A stretch of 63,985 nt of DNA, the filler included, from Lama guanicoe (taxonomy: Eukaryota), in assembly GCA_013239625.1 (NCBI GenBank). It is 79 parts of 77 records of this genome, joined end to end, with 100 filler letters (N's around TTAATTAATTAA, not from the genome) between each part and the next. Parts side by side here need not be neighbours in the genome. Positions count along the whole stretch, not along the records: positions 12,638 to 13,122 come from PNXV01008111.1; positions 13,223 to 14,000 come from MU054528.1; positions 14,101 to 14,853 come from MU054530.1; positions 14,954 to 15,701 come from PNXV01008119.1; positions 15,802 to 16,650 come from MU054531.1; positions 16,751 to 17,373 come from MU054532.1; positions 17,474 to 18,311 come from PNXV01008128.1; positions 18,412 to 19,885 come from MU054536.1; 71 more parts are not named here. One strand, written 5' to 3'. A program made the translations under genes and the position numbers. This document shows, piece after piece, positions 12,638-25,605 of this stretch (position 1 is the stretch's first letter; each line of letters begins with the position of its first letter). A model generated the notes under the pieces. The model ran no database searches. It saw only the letters and a list, made by a program, of their open reading frames with translations, and was not told where the DNA came from.

Positions 12638-13122
12638 TCGGCAGCACGTGGGTTCTAAGGGAATGCCTAAGCTCGTCACCCCTGAGTGTTTTCCTTATGT
12701 CTCTGTGCCAGGGATCGCTAGGGGTGTTTACAGGAATTCCCAGAGACAGAGGCTGCCTCCCTAAGTTCAGGGAAGATATATCTCGGAGTTCCCCCGAACC
12801 GGGAACACCTGTGACTGAAGAGAGCTGCGTGGAGTTGTCTCTCGAGCTCCCCCATTCACTAACTGATTATAGTTCCGGAATCCTGAGCATGGGAAGGTTC
12901 CACCAACGATCGGCAGGGCGTGGGTTCTTACTGATTGCATAAGCTCGTCTCCCCTGAGGGATTTCCTAATGTCTGGCTGCAAGGTAATGCTAGGGATCCG
13001 CGCTGCAATTCCCAGGGTCAGCGGATGCCACCCCTAGGTTAAGGAATGTATTTCTCTGACTTCCCCCGTATAGGGAACAAATGTGACTGAAGAGAGCTGC
13101 GTGGAGTTGTCTCTCGGGCTCC
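12638..13122 (+). repeat. Satellite C (~266-272-bp GC-rich monomer)
   Basis: GTGACTGAAGAGAGCTGCGTGGAGTTGTCTCTCG at 12811 and 13083. Confidence 0.92.
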
Positions 13123-13222
13123 NNNNNNNNNNNNNNNNNNNNNNNNNNNNNNNNNNNNNNNNNNNNTTAATTAATTAANNNNNNNNNNNNNNNNNNNNNN
13201 NNNNNNNNNNNNNNNNNNNNNN

Positions 13223-14000
13223 GTATTCGGTGTTCTCTATTTTAAATTCTGTGTACTGCATTCCATGTTCTTAAATTTGTGTTCTATATTCTGTATTCTA
13301 TATTCTATATTCTGTGTTCTATATTCTATATTGTAAATTCGAAATTCAGTATTCTGTATTCTATATTCTAAATTCTGTGTTCTACATTCCATGTTCTTAA
13401 TTCTGGGTTCTATATTCTCTATGCTTTATTCTATAATTTGTGTTAATGGTTCTATATTCTTTATTCTATATTCTGCATTCCGTAGTCTATATTCTATATT
13501 CTTTGTTCTACATTCTATATTCTTAATTCTATATACAGTATTCTGCATTCTATATTCCAAATTCTGTGTTCTGATTTCAATGTTTTAAATTCTATATTCA
13601 GTATTCTGCCTAATATATTTTACATTCCGTGTTCTACATTCAATATTCTAAATTCTATATTCAGTATTCTGTATACTATATTCTAAATTCTGTGTTCTGT
13701 ATTCCATGTTCTAAATTCTGGGTTCTATATTCTCTAATATATATTCTATATACTGTNNNNNNNNNNNNNNNNNNNNNTATTCAATATATTCCATATTCTA
13801 CATTCCATATTCTGTGCTCTACATTCTATATTCTAAATTCGAAATTCAGTATTTTGTATTCTATATTCTAAATCTATGTTCTAAATTCAATGTTTTTAAT
13901 TCTGGGTTCTATATTCTCTATTCTATAATTTGTGTTCATAATTCTGTATCCTATATTCTATGTTCTGCATTCCGTATTCTATATTCTATATTCTGTGTTC
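13223..14000 (-). repeat. Satellite A (reverse strand)
   Basis: ATATTCT heptamer variants. Confidence 0.95.
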
Positions 14001-14100
14001 NNNNNNNNNNNNNNNNNNNNNNNNNNNNNNNNNNNNNNNNNNNNTTAATTAATTAANNNNNNNNNNNNNNNNNNNNNNNNNNNNNNNNNNNNNNNNNNNN

Positions 14101-14853
14101 ATGTCTATTTCATTGATCTTTATTTCAGGGGATTTCTCTTGTTCTTTTTTTGAGAAAGGTTTCTCTGCTTCTTCATCTTGCTCATACTTCTCTGGCACTG
14201 TGGTTTATGGAGTATCAGTTGTCTATTTTGTATCTTAAGGATTTTATCTATCTAATGCCTATTTAGGAATAGAACTTAGGAACAAAAAGAAAAAAAATAA
14301 GAGAGAGAGAAAGAATTTTAAAAGAAGGGAGAAAGAGGGTTTGAAAACAGTGTATAATGAATAATAGAAGAGCGAGTTGAAGCAGAGTATTAATCGGGTT
14401 GAGACGTCCTTTTAAAACCTTTAAAAAGGGGGGGNNNNNNNNNNNNNNNNNNNNNNNNNNNNNNNNNNNNNNNNNNNNNNNNNNNNNNNNNNNNNNNNNN
14501 NNNNNNNNNNNNNNNNNNNNNNNNNNNNNNNNNNNNNNNNNNNNNNNNNNNNNNNNNNNNNNNNNNNNNNNNNNNNNNNNNNNNNNNNNNTTGTCTGTGT
14601 TCTCCTGGAGTCTGTGTGCTTTTAATGTGAAGTCTTTCTGTCTTCGTCCTGTTTTGGAAGCTCAACTTGTTGTTTTCAGAGGCCCTCCGTTGGCGCCCTC
14701 TTCTGTGCTGCTCCCAGCACCTGTTGGCAAGCAGATCGCGCCTTCTCCTAACATGGGGTCAGGTGCAGCTCTCCTCTGCTGTGGGCGGGCAGGTCATTGC
14801 CCCTCGGATGCCGCAGTCAGATGTTGCAGACTGGCCAGGTAGGAGGGCGGGTC
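14101..14853 (-). mobile_element. Interspersed repeat, probably LINE-1 5' region (antisense); CpG-richer than 4737-5639
   Basis: Homologous to 4737-5639 in two blocks. Confidence 0.55.
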
Positions 14854-17473
14854 NNNNNNNNNNNNNNNNNNNNNNNNNNNNNNNNNNNNNNNNNNNNTTA
14901 ATTAATTAANNNNNNNNNNNNNNNNNNNNNNNNNNNNNNNNNNNNNNNNNNNNTCAGTTTTCCCCCAGAAATCCCTCTGCAGCTTTCCCTCCTCACAGCA
15001 AAAGAGGACCATCATTTACCTCATTAATCCACACAGAAACCTTGGCCTTACTCCATCCTACATTCACAGACAGCATTCATCCTTTCCTTTTTACCATCTT
15101 AACATGCCTTCAATCTGTTCGCTTTTACCCACTGACCGTCCCACCGCTCAAGAGGAAGCCACCAACACTGCCCACCTGGACTCACAAGTCTCCCAAGTGG
15201 CCCCACAGCCACTCTCCCCTATTTGATACAAATGGGATTGTGTCACTCTCGTGCTTTTTGGACTCTTTTCAGACCCACTGTTCCTAGAAGAAACTAGTTC
15301 TTCACCTGGTGAAAGTCTTTGCCATGAAACTGTCAGCACAGGGAGGGCAGGACCAGCCCTCTCCCCTCGGCCCTACCCTCTGGCAGAGCATCAGCTTCGA
15401 TGGACCTGCTGAGCTACACCAGCCTGTATTCTAAACCTGGTCTTGAGTTCTTAGCAAACTGCTTCACTTATCCTTACAAATCCAAGGTAGATTGGAAAGA
15501 TTTTAGATGTTGATCTAGACTATTGATTTGGGGATTTTGCACTAGCAACCTGCAATGTCATGTTCTAATGATTCTGTCTTCTTAAAACCACACCCAGATT
15601 AAAGGAGTATTTGTTGAATGCCTTCGGAGTAAAAGGGAATGTACTTTTACAGACTTTCTGTTTTATAAAATGAACAACCCGGACAGGGTCACAAATGGAA
15701 CNNNNNNNNNNNNNNNNNNNNNNNNNNNNNNNNNNNNNNNNNNNNTTAATTAATTAANNNNNNNNNNNNNNNNNNNNNNNNNNNNNNNNNNNNNNNNNNN
15801 NAAATGCACGCCTTCTCAAGCCCCTTTATTCCGAAGAAAATCAGACCTTATGCTGTTATACGTGGAAGGAAAAGAGTAGGAGAGGGTAATGCTGAGTAAA
15901 TTCTCCTTCACGGGTACATGGATTTGATTTCTGAACAATTTAAATCAAAAATGTGAGCGGTTAACATGAAAATTATTGATGGCCCTAGAAATATTTTAAG
16001 AGCCTTATCAAAATGTAAGAGACTTTAATTTCATTCTGACAGAAATCTGCTGACTTATCTGAATCATTAAAAAACCAAATCTTTCCTTCCCCAGTACCTT
16101 CTCTAAAAATGAACAAATAAAAAACCTAAATATACCTCCCCCTGCCAAAAAAAAAANNNNNNNNNNNNNNNNNNNNNNNNNNNNNNNNNNNNNNNNNNNN
16201 NNNNNNNNNNNNNNNNNNNNNNNNNNNNNNNNNNNNNNNNNNNNNNNNNNNNNNNNNNNNNNNNNNNNNNNNNNNNNNNNNNNNNNNNNNNNNNNNNNNN
16301 NNNNNNNNNNNNNNNNNNNNNNNNNNNNNNNNNNNNNNNNNNNNNNNNNNNNNNNNNNNNNNNNNNNNNNNNNNNNNNNNNNNNNNNNNNNNNNNNNNTT
16401 TTTACATTTTCTTTCCTAATTAATACAAACGTGCATAACCATTTTATGCTGAGACATAAAGCATGTCGTTCATCCTCCCTGAAGTAAGAACGCCCTCTTA
16501 CAGACCTTTTCTGCCAAGTCTTTGATAAACAGGAGAGTGTCCTATATCCCTGGAGTTCAGGACAAAGACCGGAAGAGCCACAGAGGGAAAGAGGCAGAGA
16601 ATGAGGCAGTCACAGATAAGAACATTCTACCTTTTGTCTAGTTTTGTACCNNNNNNNNNNNNNNNNNNNNNNNNNNNNNNNNNNNNNNNNNNNNTTAATT
16701 AATTAANNNNNNNNNNNNNNNNNNNNNNNNNNNNNNNNNNNNNNNNNNNNCCCTACCTTGCAGCGTGTCATCAAACTTGCCAGTGGTTTACCAGCTAATC
16801 GGTCTAGTATTAGCATGTACCAAATGAAACCCCATGATGGACCTGGCATCTCCTTCTGCATCTGCTTCTCTGACCACTCTGGAATATTTGCCCAACCCTC
16901 CTAAGAGCAACCCCCAGCCCCACCAAAAAAAANNNNNNNNNNNNNNNNNNNNNNNNNNNNNNNNNNNNNNNNNNNNNNNNNNNNNNNNNNNNNNNNNNNN
17001 TTTCTAAACTCTCAGCTAAGCCCATGCTATTCCATCTCTACTAAAATTAAAAGTTAACTTTTAAGCTTTATATGAAAGAAAAGATGGCCTATACTTGGTC
17101 ATTTCCCTTTCTCCTCAATAACTTCACTAAGTACTAACACTTTTCCATCACTTTAGCAAGTTTTCAACTCACTGCTTCCTATATTCAGCTATTTGATGTA
17201 GTCTTGGCAGCACACAAATAGGGACTGGGATTCATTTTTAGAAATACAAAACTCCAATTACCAAGGTAAACTTTAATATTAAATGTTCTAGAATCACAGT
17301 GTATATACACGAATGAAATCCTTCCTCACTGATAAAACAACAGTAACAGCTGATAAATCACATAATCCTAGTTNNNNNNNNNNNNNNNNNNNNNNNNNNN
17401 NNNNNNNNNNNNNNNNNTTAATTAATTAANNNNNNNNNNNNNNNNNNNNNNNNNNNNNNNNNNNNNNNNNNNN

Positions 17474-18311
17474 TTCTGAATTCAGTGTTCTGAATTCCAT
17501 GTTCTAAATTTGGTTTCTATATACCTTTTTCTTTATTCTATATACTGTGTTGAAAATTCTATATACTAAATTCTATATTCAGTATTCAGAATACTATATT
17601 CTAAATTCTGTGTTCTGCATTCCATGCTCTAAAGCCCATATTCAGTATTCTGAATTCTATATTCTAAATTCTGTGTTCTGCATTCTATATTCTAAATTCT
17701 ATATTCAGTATTCTGTATGCTATATTCCAAATTCTGTGTTCTGCATTCCATGTTCAAATTCTGGCTTCTCTATTCTCTATTCTCTATTCTCTATTCTGTG
17801 TACTATATTCTATATATTCAGTATTTTGTATTCTATATACTAAATTCTGTGTTCTACATTCTATATTCTAAATTCTGTATTCAGTGATCTGTATTCAATA
17901 TACTATGTTCTGTGTTCTGCATTCCATGTTCGAAATTCTGGGTTCTGTATTGTGTTTCCATATACTATATTCTGTGTTCTAAATTCTATTTTCTGTAAAC
18001 TATATACTGCATTCCGTATTCTATATTCTCTATTCTGTGTTCTGCATTCTATATTCTAAATTCTATATTCAGGATTCTGTATTCTATATTTCAAATTCTG
18101 TGTTCTGCATTCCATGTTCTAAATTCTGGGTTCTATATACTCTATTCTATATACTATATTCTGTGTTCTGCATTCTATATTCTAAATTCTACTAAATTCT
18201 AAGTAATCTATATTCTATATTCAAAATTGAGTGTTCTGCATTCCATTTCTAATTACTGGGTACTATATTCTCTTTTATATATTCTATAATTTGTGTTCTT
18301 CATTCTATATT
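17474..18311 (-). repeat. Satellite A (reverse strand)
   Basis: ATATTCT heptamer variants. Confidence 0.95.
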
Positions 18312-18411
18312 NNNNNNNNNNNNNNNNNNNNNNNNNNNNNNNNNNNNNNNNNNNNTTAATTAATTAANNNNNNNNNNNNNNNNNNNNNNNNNNNNNNNNN
18401 NNNNNNNNNNN

Positions 18412-19885
18412 GCGGGGGCCTGGTTTGGGCCAGTGGTCACGGGGGCCTGGTCTGGGGAGGAGTTTGGTCTAGTGGTCGAATGGGCCGGGTTTGTGCAGCA
18501 TTTTGGGCCAGTGGTCGCGGGGGCCTGGTCTTCGGAGCGGTTTGGGCCAGTGGACGCGGGGGCCTGTCCTGGGGCGCGCTTTGGGCAAGCGGTCGCGGGG
18601 GCCTGGCCTGAGGCGCGGNNNNNNNNNNNNNNNNNNNNNNNNNNNNNNNNNNNNNNNNNNNNNNNNNNNNNNNNNNNNNNNNNNNNNNNNNNNNNNNNNN
18701 NNNNNNNNNNNNNNNNNNNNNNNNNNNNNNNNNNNNNNNNNNNNNNNNNNNNNNNNNNNNNNNNNNNNNNNNNNNNNNNNNNNNNNNNNNNNNNNNNNNN
18801 NNNNNNNNNNNNNNNNNNNNNNNNNNNNNNNNNNNNNNNNNNNNNNNNNNNNNNNNNNNNNNNNNNNNNNNNNNNNNNNNNNNNNNNNNNNNNNNNNNNN
18901 NNNNNNNNNNNNNNNNNNNNNNNNNNNNNNNNNNNNNNNNNNNNNNNNNNNNNNNNNNNNNNNNNNNNNNNNNNNNNNNNNNNNNNNNNNNNNNNNNNNN
19001 NNNNNNNNNNNNNNNGGGCCTGTCCACCATTTTGAGTCAGTGGTCGCGAGGGCCTGGTCTGCGGAGCGGTTTGGGTCATTGGTCGCTGGGGCTTGGTCTG
19101 GGGAGCAGTTTGGGCCAGTGGTCGTGGAGGCCTGGCCTGGGGCGCCGTTTGGGCCAGTAGTCATGGGGCCTGGCCTGGGGCGCCGTTTGGGTCCGTGGCT
19201 ACGGGATCCTGGCTTCGAGCGCGGTTTGGGCCAGTGATCGTGGGGGCCTTGTTTGGGCCAGTGGTCACGGGGGCCTGGTTTGGGCTAGTGGTNNNNNNNN
19301 NNNNNNNNNNNNNNNNNNNNNNNNNNNNNNNNNNNNNNNNNNNNNNNNNNNNNNNNNNNNNNNNNNNNNNNNNNNNNNNNNNNNNNNNNNNNNNNNNNNN
19401 NNNNNNNNNNNNNNNNNNNNNNNNNNNNNNNNNNNNNNNNNNNNNNNNNNNNNNNNNNNNNNNNNNNNNNNNNNNNNNNNNNNNNNNNNNNNNNNNNNNN
19501 NNNNNNNNNNNNNNNNNNNNNNNNNNNNNNNNNNNNNNNNNNNNNNNNNNNNNNNNNNNNNNNNNNNNNNNNNNNNNNNNNNNNNNNNNNNNNNNNNNNN
19601 NNNNNNNNNNNNNNNNNNNNNNNNNNNNNNNNNNNNNNNNNNNNNNNNNNNNNNNNNNNNNNNNNNNNNNNNNNNNNNNNNNNNNNNNNNNNNNNNNNNN
19701 NNNNNNNNNNNNNNNNNNNNNNNNNNNNNNNNNNNNNNNNNNNNNNNNNNNNNNNNNNNNNNNNNNNNNNNCAGTGGTCGCCCTGGCTTGGAACGCGATT
19801 TGGGCCAGTGGTAGCGGGGGTTTGTCCTTGGGACCGTTTTGAGTCAGTGGTCGCGAGGGCCTGGTCTGCGGAGCGGTTTGGGTCA
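18412..19885 (+). repeat. Satellite F: 39-bp G-rich, CpG-rich minisatellite
   Basis: TTTGGGCCAGTGGTCGCGGGGGCCTGG unit starts at 18424, 18463, 18502, 18541 and 18580; some 27-bp short units. Confidence 0.92.
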
Positions 19886-19985
19886 NNNNNNNNNNNNNNN
19901 NNNNNNNNNNNNNNNNNNNNNNNNNNNNNTTAATTAATTAANNNNNNNNNNNNNNNNNNNNNNNNNNNNNNNNNNNNNNNNNNNN

Positions 19986-20555
19986 AAATATTGGGGAGGA
20001 AATAAATAAAATAGAGATTAAAAACACCAAAGAAAAATATTGACAAATCCAAAAGCTGGTTTTTCGAAAAAGTAAGTAAATTCAACAAATCTCTGTCCAA
20101 ACTCGAAAAGAAGGAAAGAGAGAGACCACAAATTAGCAAAATAAGGAAGGAGAATAGAGAAATAACAACAAATAATAAGTACAGAATATCATACGAAAGT
20201 ATTATTAAAAGTATATTTAATAACCTAGACGAGATGGAAAAGTTTCTGGAAACATACTGTCCACCAACACTGAATCAAGAAGAAACTGACCCCTTGAACA
20301 AGCAGAGCACTAGAAATTAAATCAAAATAGCAATATGAAAACTCCCTACAAAGGACAGGACGGATTCACTGCAGAATTCTACCAAACATACAAAGAAGAA
20401 CTCATACCAGTCCTTCTCAAACTCTTCCAGAAGATTGAAAAGTAAGGAATACTCCCAAAGTCATTCTATGAAGTCACAGTCACCCTGATACCACAACCAG
20501 GCAAAAACACTACCAAAAAAGAGGATTCTAGATCAATATCACTGATGAACACAGA
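19986..20555 (+). mobile_element. LINE-1 ORF2 fragment, disrupted
   Basis: AAAAGCTGGTTTTTCGAAAA (KSWFFEK), GGATTCACTGCAGAATTCTACCAAACAT (GFTAEFYQT), TCATTCTATGAAG. Confidence 0.93.
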
Positions 20556-21214
20556 NNNNNNNNNNNNNNNNNNNNNNNNNNNNNNNNNNNNNNNNNNNNT
20601 TAATTAATTAANNNNNNNNNNNNNNNNNNNNNNNNNNNNNNNNNNNNNNNNNNNNATAGCAGGTGGTCCTCATAACAGTCACCCTGGGACCCCACAGCCC
20701 TGCCGGGGACGCCCCACCCTGCTGAGCTCCGAGCTCCAGAGCTGAAAGCTCAGGCTCAGGTCCCACAGGGACCTCGGGGTGGGGCCCTCCAAGGCTGCTG
20801 CTCCATGTCCCTGTCCTTCTGGACCTGATCACTCTGCCCCTCCCACAGTCCCATGGCCACTCAGCCCTCCCATCACACCACCTGGCTCCTGCTGACCCAC
20901 AGGGCAGCCAGGCGGGGCCGTGGAAGCCAAGTGACCCTCTCCAGGAATCAGCTTATTTCAGGGTGGGGGCTTAGGAAGTATCTTCAGCTTCTGGCAGGCG
21001 TTCCGGATGACTTCATTAGGGCCATAAATGCTCACAGGGCCGGATTCACGCGTAAGTCACACCTTCTTAGTGAGCCCTCTCAAGCAATGCAGACTCCATT
21101 TTTATTTTCCTTTCNNNNNNNNNNNNNNNNNNNNNNNNNNNNNNNNNNNNNNNNNNNNTTAATTAATTAANNNNNNNNNNNNNNNNNNNNNNNNNNNNNN
21201 NNNNNNNNNNNNNN

Positions 21215-21978
21215 AAAAGAAACTTTGTGTTCCCTTCAAGCTAGGTGAAGGATGGCTATCACAGACACTTTTCTCTAAGAGCTGAGCATGTGGAGAGACG
21301 TTCGTTCATCCAGCACAAAGGGAACTGGTTGCAGGAGAAACACTTACTCTGGTTCCTCAGTCAGTTTCCTAGAGCCGGTATGATGTGCCTGCCGTTTTCA
21401 GTGTAAAAGCGAGTTAGAGCTTGTACCTCCCCATATATATGTATGCAGTGGAAATGGCAACTGAAAAGAAACTTTGTGTTCCCTTCAAGCTAGTTGAAGG
21501 ACGGCTTTCACACACACTTATCTCTCAGAACTGANNNNNNNNNNNNNNNNNNNNNNNNNNNNNNNNNNNNNNNNNNNNNNNNNNNNNNNNNNNNNNNNNN
21601 NNNNNNNNNNNNNNNNNNNNNNNNNNNNNNNNNNNNNNNNNNNNNNNNNNNNNNNNNNNNNNNNNNNNNNNNNNNNNNNNNNNNNNNNNNNNNNNNNNNN
21701 NNNNNNNNNNNNNNNNNNNNNNNNNNNNNNNNNNNNNNNNNNNNNNNNNNNNNNNNNNNNNNNNNNNNNNNNNNNNNNNNNNNNNNNNNNNNNNNNNNNN
21801 NNNNNNNNNNNNNNNNNNNNNNNNNNNNNNNNNNNNNNNNNNNNNNNNNNNNNNNNNNNNNNNNNNNNNNNTCAGTCTGTTGTGCCGGTTTGAAGTGCCT
21901 GCCGTTTTCACTGTAAACCGATTAAGAGATTATACCTCCCAATATATATGTATGGGGTGGAGTTGGCAACTGAAAAGA
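21215..21978 (+). repeat. Satellite B (249-bp monomer)
   Basis: AAAAGAAACTTTGTGTTCCCTTCAAGCTAG at 21215 and 21464. Confidence 0.95.
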
Positions 21979-22078
21979 NNNNNNNNNNNNNNNNNNNNNN
22001 NNNNNNNNNNNNNNNNNNNNNNTTAATTAATTAANNNNNNNNNNNNNNNNNNNNNNNNNNNNNNNNNNNNNNNNNNNN

Positions 22079-23274
22079 GAGACGTTCGTTCATCCAGCCA
22101 AAGGGAACGGGTTGCAGGAGAAACACTGACTATGTTTTCTCAGTCTGTTTCCTCGTGCCGGTTTGAAGTGCCTGCCGTTTTCACTGTAAAACCGAGTTGG
22201 AGCTTGTACCTCCCCATATATATGTATGGAGTGGAGTTGGCAACTGAAANNNNNNNNNNNNNNNNNNNNNNNNNNNNNNNNNNNNNNNNNNNNNNNNNNN
22301 NNNNNNNNNNNNNNNNNNNNNNNNNNNNNNNNNNNNNNNNNNNNNNNNNNNNNNNNNNNNNNNNNNNNNNNNNNNNNNNNNNNNNNNNNNNNNNNNNNNN
22401 NNNNNNNNNNNNNNNNNCACTGTAAAACCGAGTTGGAGCTTGTACCTCCCCATATATATGTACGGAGTGGAGTTTGCAACTGAAAAGAAACTTTGTGTTC
22501 CCTTCAAGCTAGGTGAAGGACGGCATTCACACACACTTATATCTCAGAACAGACCATGTGGAGAAACGTTCTTTCATCCAGTAGAAATGGAACCGTTTGC
22601 AGGTGAAACACTTGCTCTGGTTTCTCATTCTGTTTCCTGGTGCCAGTTTGAATTGCCTGCCGTTTTCTCTGTAAAACCGAGTTGGAGATTGTACCTCCCC
22701 ATATATATGTATGGAGGGGAGTTGGCAACTGAAAAGAAACTTTGTGTTCCCTTCAANNNNNNNNNNNNNNNNNNNNNNNNNNNNNNNNNNNNNNNNNNNN
22801 NNNNNNNNNNNNNNNNNNNNNNNNNNNNNNNNNNNNNNNNNNNNNNNNNNNNNNNNNNNNNNNNNNNNNNNNNNNNNNNNNNNNNNNNNNNNNNNNNNNN
22901 NNNNNNNNNNNNNNNNNNNNNNNNNNNNNNNNNNNNNNNNNNNNNNNNNNNNNNNNNNNNNNNNNNNNNNNNNNNNNNNNNNNNNNNNNNNNNNNNNNNN
23001 NNNNNNNNNNNNNNNNNNNNNNNNNNNNNNNNNNNNNNNNNNNNNNNNNNNNNNNNNNNNNNNNNNNNNNNNNNNNNNNNNNNNNNNNNNNNNNNNNNNN
23101 NNNNNNNNNNNNNNNNNNNNNNNNNNNNNNNNNNNNNNNNNNNNNNNNNNNNNNNNNNNNNNNNNNNNNNNNNNNNNNNNNNNNNNNNNNNNTATGGAGT
23201 GGGGTTTGTAACTGAAAAGAAACTATGTGTTTCCTTCAAGATAGGTGAAGGATGGCTTTCACACACAATTATCT
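22079..23274 (+). repeat. Satellite B
   Basis: Same anchor at 22483 and 22732 (249 bp). Confidence 0.95.
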
Positions 23275-23374
23275 NNNNNNNNNNNNNNNNNNNNNNNNNN
23301 NNNNNNNNNNNNNNNNNNTTAATTAATTAANNNNNNNNNNNNNNNNNNNNNNNNNNNNNNNNNNNNNNNNNNNN

Positions 23375-24119
23375 TATAGTATGTAGAACACAGAATATAA
23401 AATATAGAATACGGAATGCAGAACATAAAATAAGAATATAGAATGTAGAACACAGAATATAGAATATGGAAAACAGAATACACAACCCAGAATTTAGAAC
23501 ATGGAATGCACAACACAGTATGTAGAATATAGAATACAGAATAATGAATATAGAATTTAGAATATAGAATGCAGAGCACAGAATTTAGAATATAGATTAC
23601 AGAATACTGAATATAGAATATAGAAAATACAATGTAGAAAACAGAATATATAATATAGAATGGAGAATATAGAACCTAGAATTTAAAACATGGAATGCAG
23701 AACACAGAATTTAGAATATAGAATGCAGAATACAGTATATAGGATTTAGAACATAGAATTTAGAACATGGAATTCAGAACAAAGAATTTAGAATATTGAA
23801 CAAGGATACTGAATATAGAATTAAGATTATAGAATGTAGAACACAGAATATTGTATATATAATATAGAATTTGGAACATGGTATACAGAACACAGAATTT
23901 AGATTATANNNNNNNNNNNNNNNNNNNNNNNNNNNNNNNNNNNNNNNNNNNNNNNNNNNNNNNNNNNNNNNNNNNNNNNNNNNNNNNNNNNNNNNNNNNN
24001 NNNNNNNNNNNNNNNNNNNNNNNNNNNNNNNNNNNNNNNNNNNNNNNNNNNNNNNNNNNNNATACAATGTAGAACACAAAAGTTAGAATATAGAATACAG
24101 AATGCTGAATATAGAATTT
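23375..24119 (+). repeat. Satellite A
   Basis: AGAATAT heptamer variants. Confidence 0.95.
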
Positions 24120-24219
24120 NNNNNNNNNNNNNNNNNNNNNNNNNNNNNNNNNNNNNNNNNNNNTTAATTAATTAANNNNNNNNNNNNNNNNNNNNNNNNN
24201 NNNNNNNNNNNNNNNNNNN

Positions 24220-25505
24220 GATAAGTGTGTGCGAACGCCGTCCTTCAGCTAGCTTGAAGGGAACACAATGTTTCTTTTCAGTTACCAACCCCACTCCATA
24301 CATATATATGGGGAGGTAGAAGCTCCAACTCGGTTTTACAGTGAAAACGGCAGGCACTTCAAACCGGCACTAGGAAACAGACTGAGAAACCAGAGTAAGT
24401 GTTTTCCCTGCAACCCGTTCCCTTTGTGCTGGATGAACGAACGTCTCTCCATATGCTCAGTTCTGAGAGATAAGTGTGTGTGAAAGCCGTCCTTCACCTA
24501 GCTTGAAGGGAACATAAAGATTCTTTTCAGTTGCCAACTCCACTCCATACATATATATGGGGAGGTACAAGGTCCAAATCGCTTTTACAGTGAAACGGCA
24601 GGCCCTTCAAACCGGAACTAGGAAACAAACTGAGAAACCAGAGTAAGTGTTTCCCCTCCAACCGGATCCCTTTGTGCTGGATGAACGAACGTCTCTCCAC
24701 ATGCTCAGTTCTGAGAGATAAGTGTGTGTGTGAAAGCCGTCCTTCACCTAGCTTGAAGGGAACACAAAGTTCCTTTTCAGTTGCCAACTCCACTCCGTAC
24801 ATATATATGGGGAGATATAAGCTCTTAATCGGTTTACAGTGAAAACGTTAGGCACTACAAACCGGCACTTAGAAACCGACTGAGAAACCAGAGTAAGTGT
24901 TTCTCCTGCAACCCGTTCCCTTTGTGCTGGATGAACGAACGTCTCTCCACATGCTCAGTTCTGNNNNNNNNNNNNNNNNNNNNNNNNNNNNNNNNNNNNN
25001 NNNNNNNNNNNNNNNNNNNNNNNNNNNNNNNNNNNNNNNNNNNNNNNNNNNNNNNNNNNNNNNNNNNNNNNNNNNNNNNNNNNNNNNNNNNNNNNNNNNN
25101 NNNNNNNNNNNNNNNNNNNNNNNNNNNNNNNNNNNNNNNNNNNNNNNNNNNNNNNNNNNNNNNNNNNNNNNNNNNNNNNNNNNNNNNNNNNNNNNNNNNN
25201 NNNNNNNNNNNNNNNNNNNNNNNNNNNNNNNNNNNNNNNNNNNNNNNNNNNNNNNNNNNNNNNNNNNNNNNNNNNNNNNNNNNNNNNNNNNNNNNNNNNN
25301 NNNNNNNNNNNNNNNNNNNNNNNNNNNNNNNNNNNNNNNNNNNNNNNNNNNNNNNNNNNNNNNNNNNNNGAAAGCCGTCCTTCACCTAGCTTGAAGGGAA
25401 CACAAAGTTTCTTTTCAGTTGCCAACTCCAGTCCCTACATATATATGGGGAGGTATAAGTTCTAAATCGGTTTACAGTGAAAACGTTAGGCACTTCAAAC
25501 CGGCA
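24220..25505 (-). repeat. Satellite B (reverse strand)
   Basis: GATAAGTGTGTG at 24220, 24469 and 24717. Confidence 0.95.
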
Positions 25506-25605
25506 NNNNNNNNNNNNNNNNNNNNNNNNNNNNNNNNNNNNNNNNNNNNTTAATTAATTAANNNNNNNNNNNNNNNNNNNNNNNNNNNNNNNNNNNNNNN
25601 NNNNN

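Noticed and set aside
18360..19842. Mucin-like Pro/Thr/Ala repeat protein from the 39-bp repeat
   Set aside because: Several frames on both strands are open, there is a frameshift near 19165, and no splice or signal context is visible.
21295..21335. Possible CENP-B box in satellite B (CGTTCGTTCATCCAGC...)
   Set aside because: It does not fit NTTCGNNNNANNCGGGN. I saw no canonical box by eye, though a formal motif scan was not run.
22440..23330. Recurrent peptides such as LYLPIYMYGVELATEKKLCVPFK, and similar ones in satellites C and D
   Set aside because: The 249-bp monomer is a multiple of 3, so peptides recur, but copies have scattered stops and frameshifts and the ORFs are inflated by N-runs.
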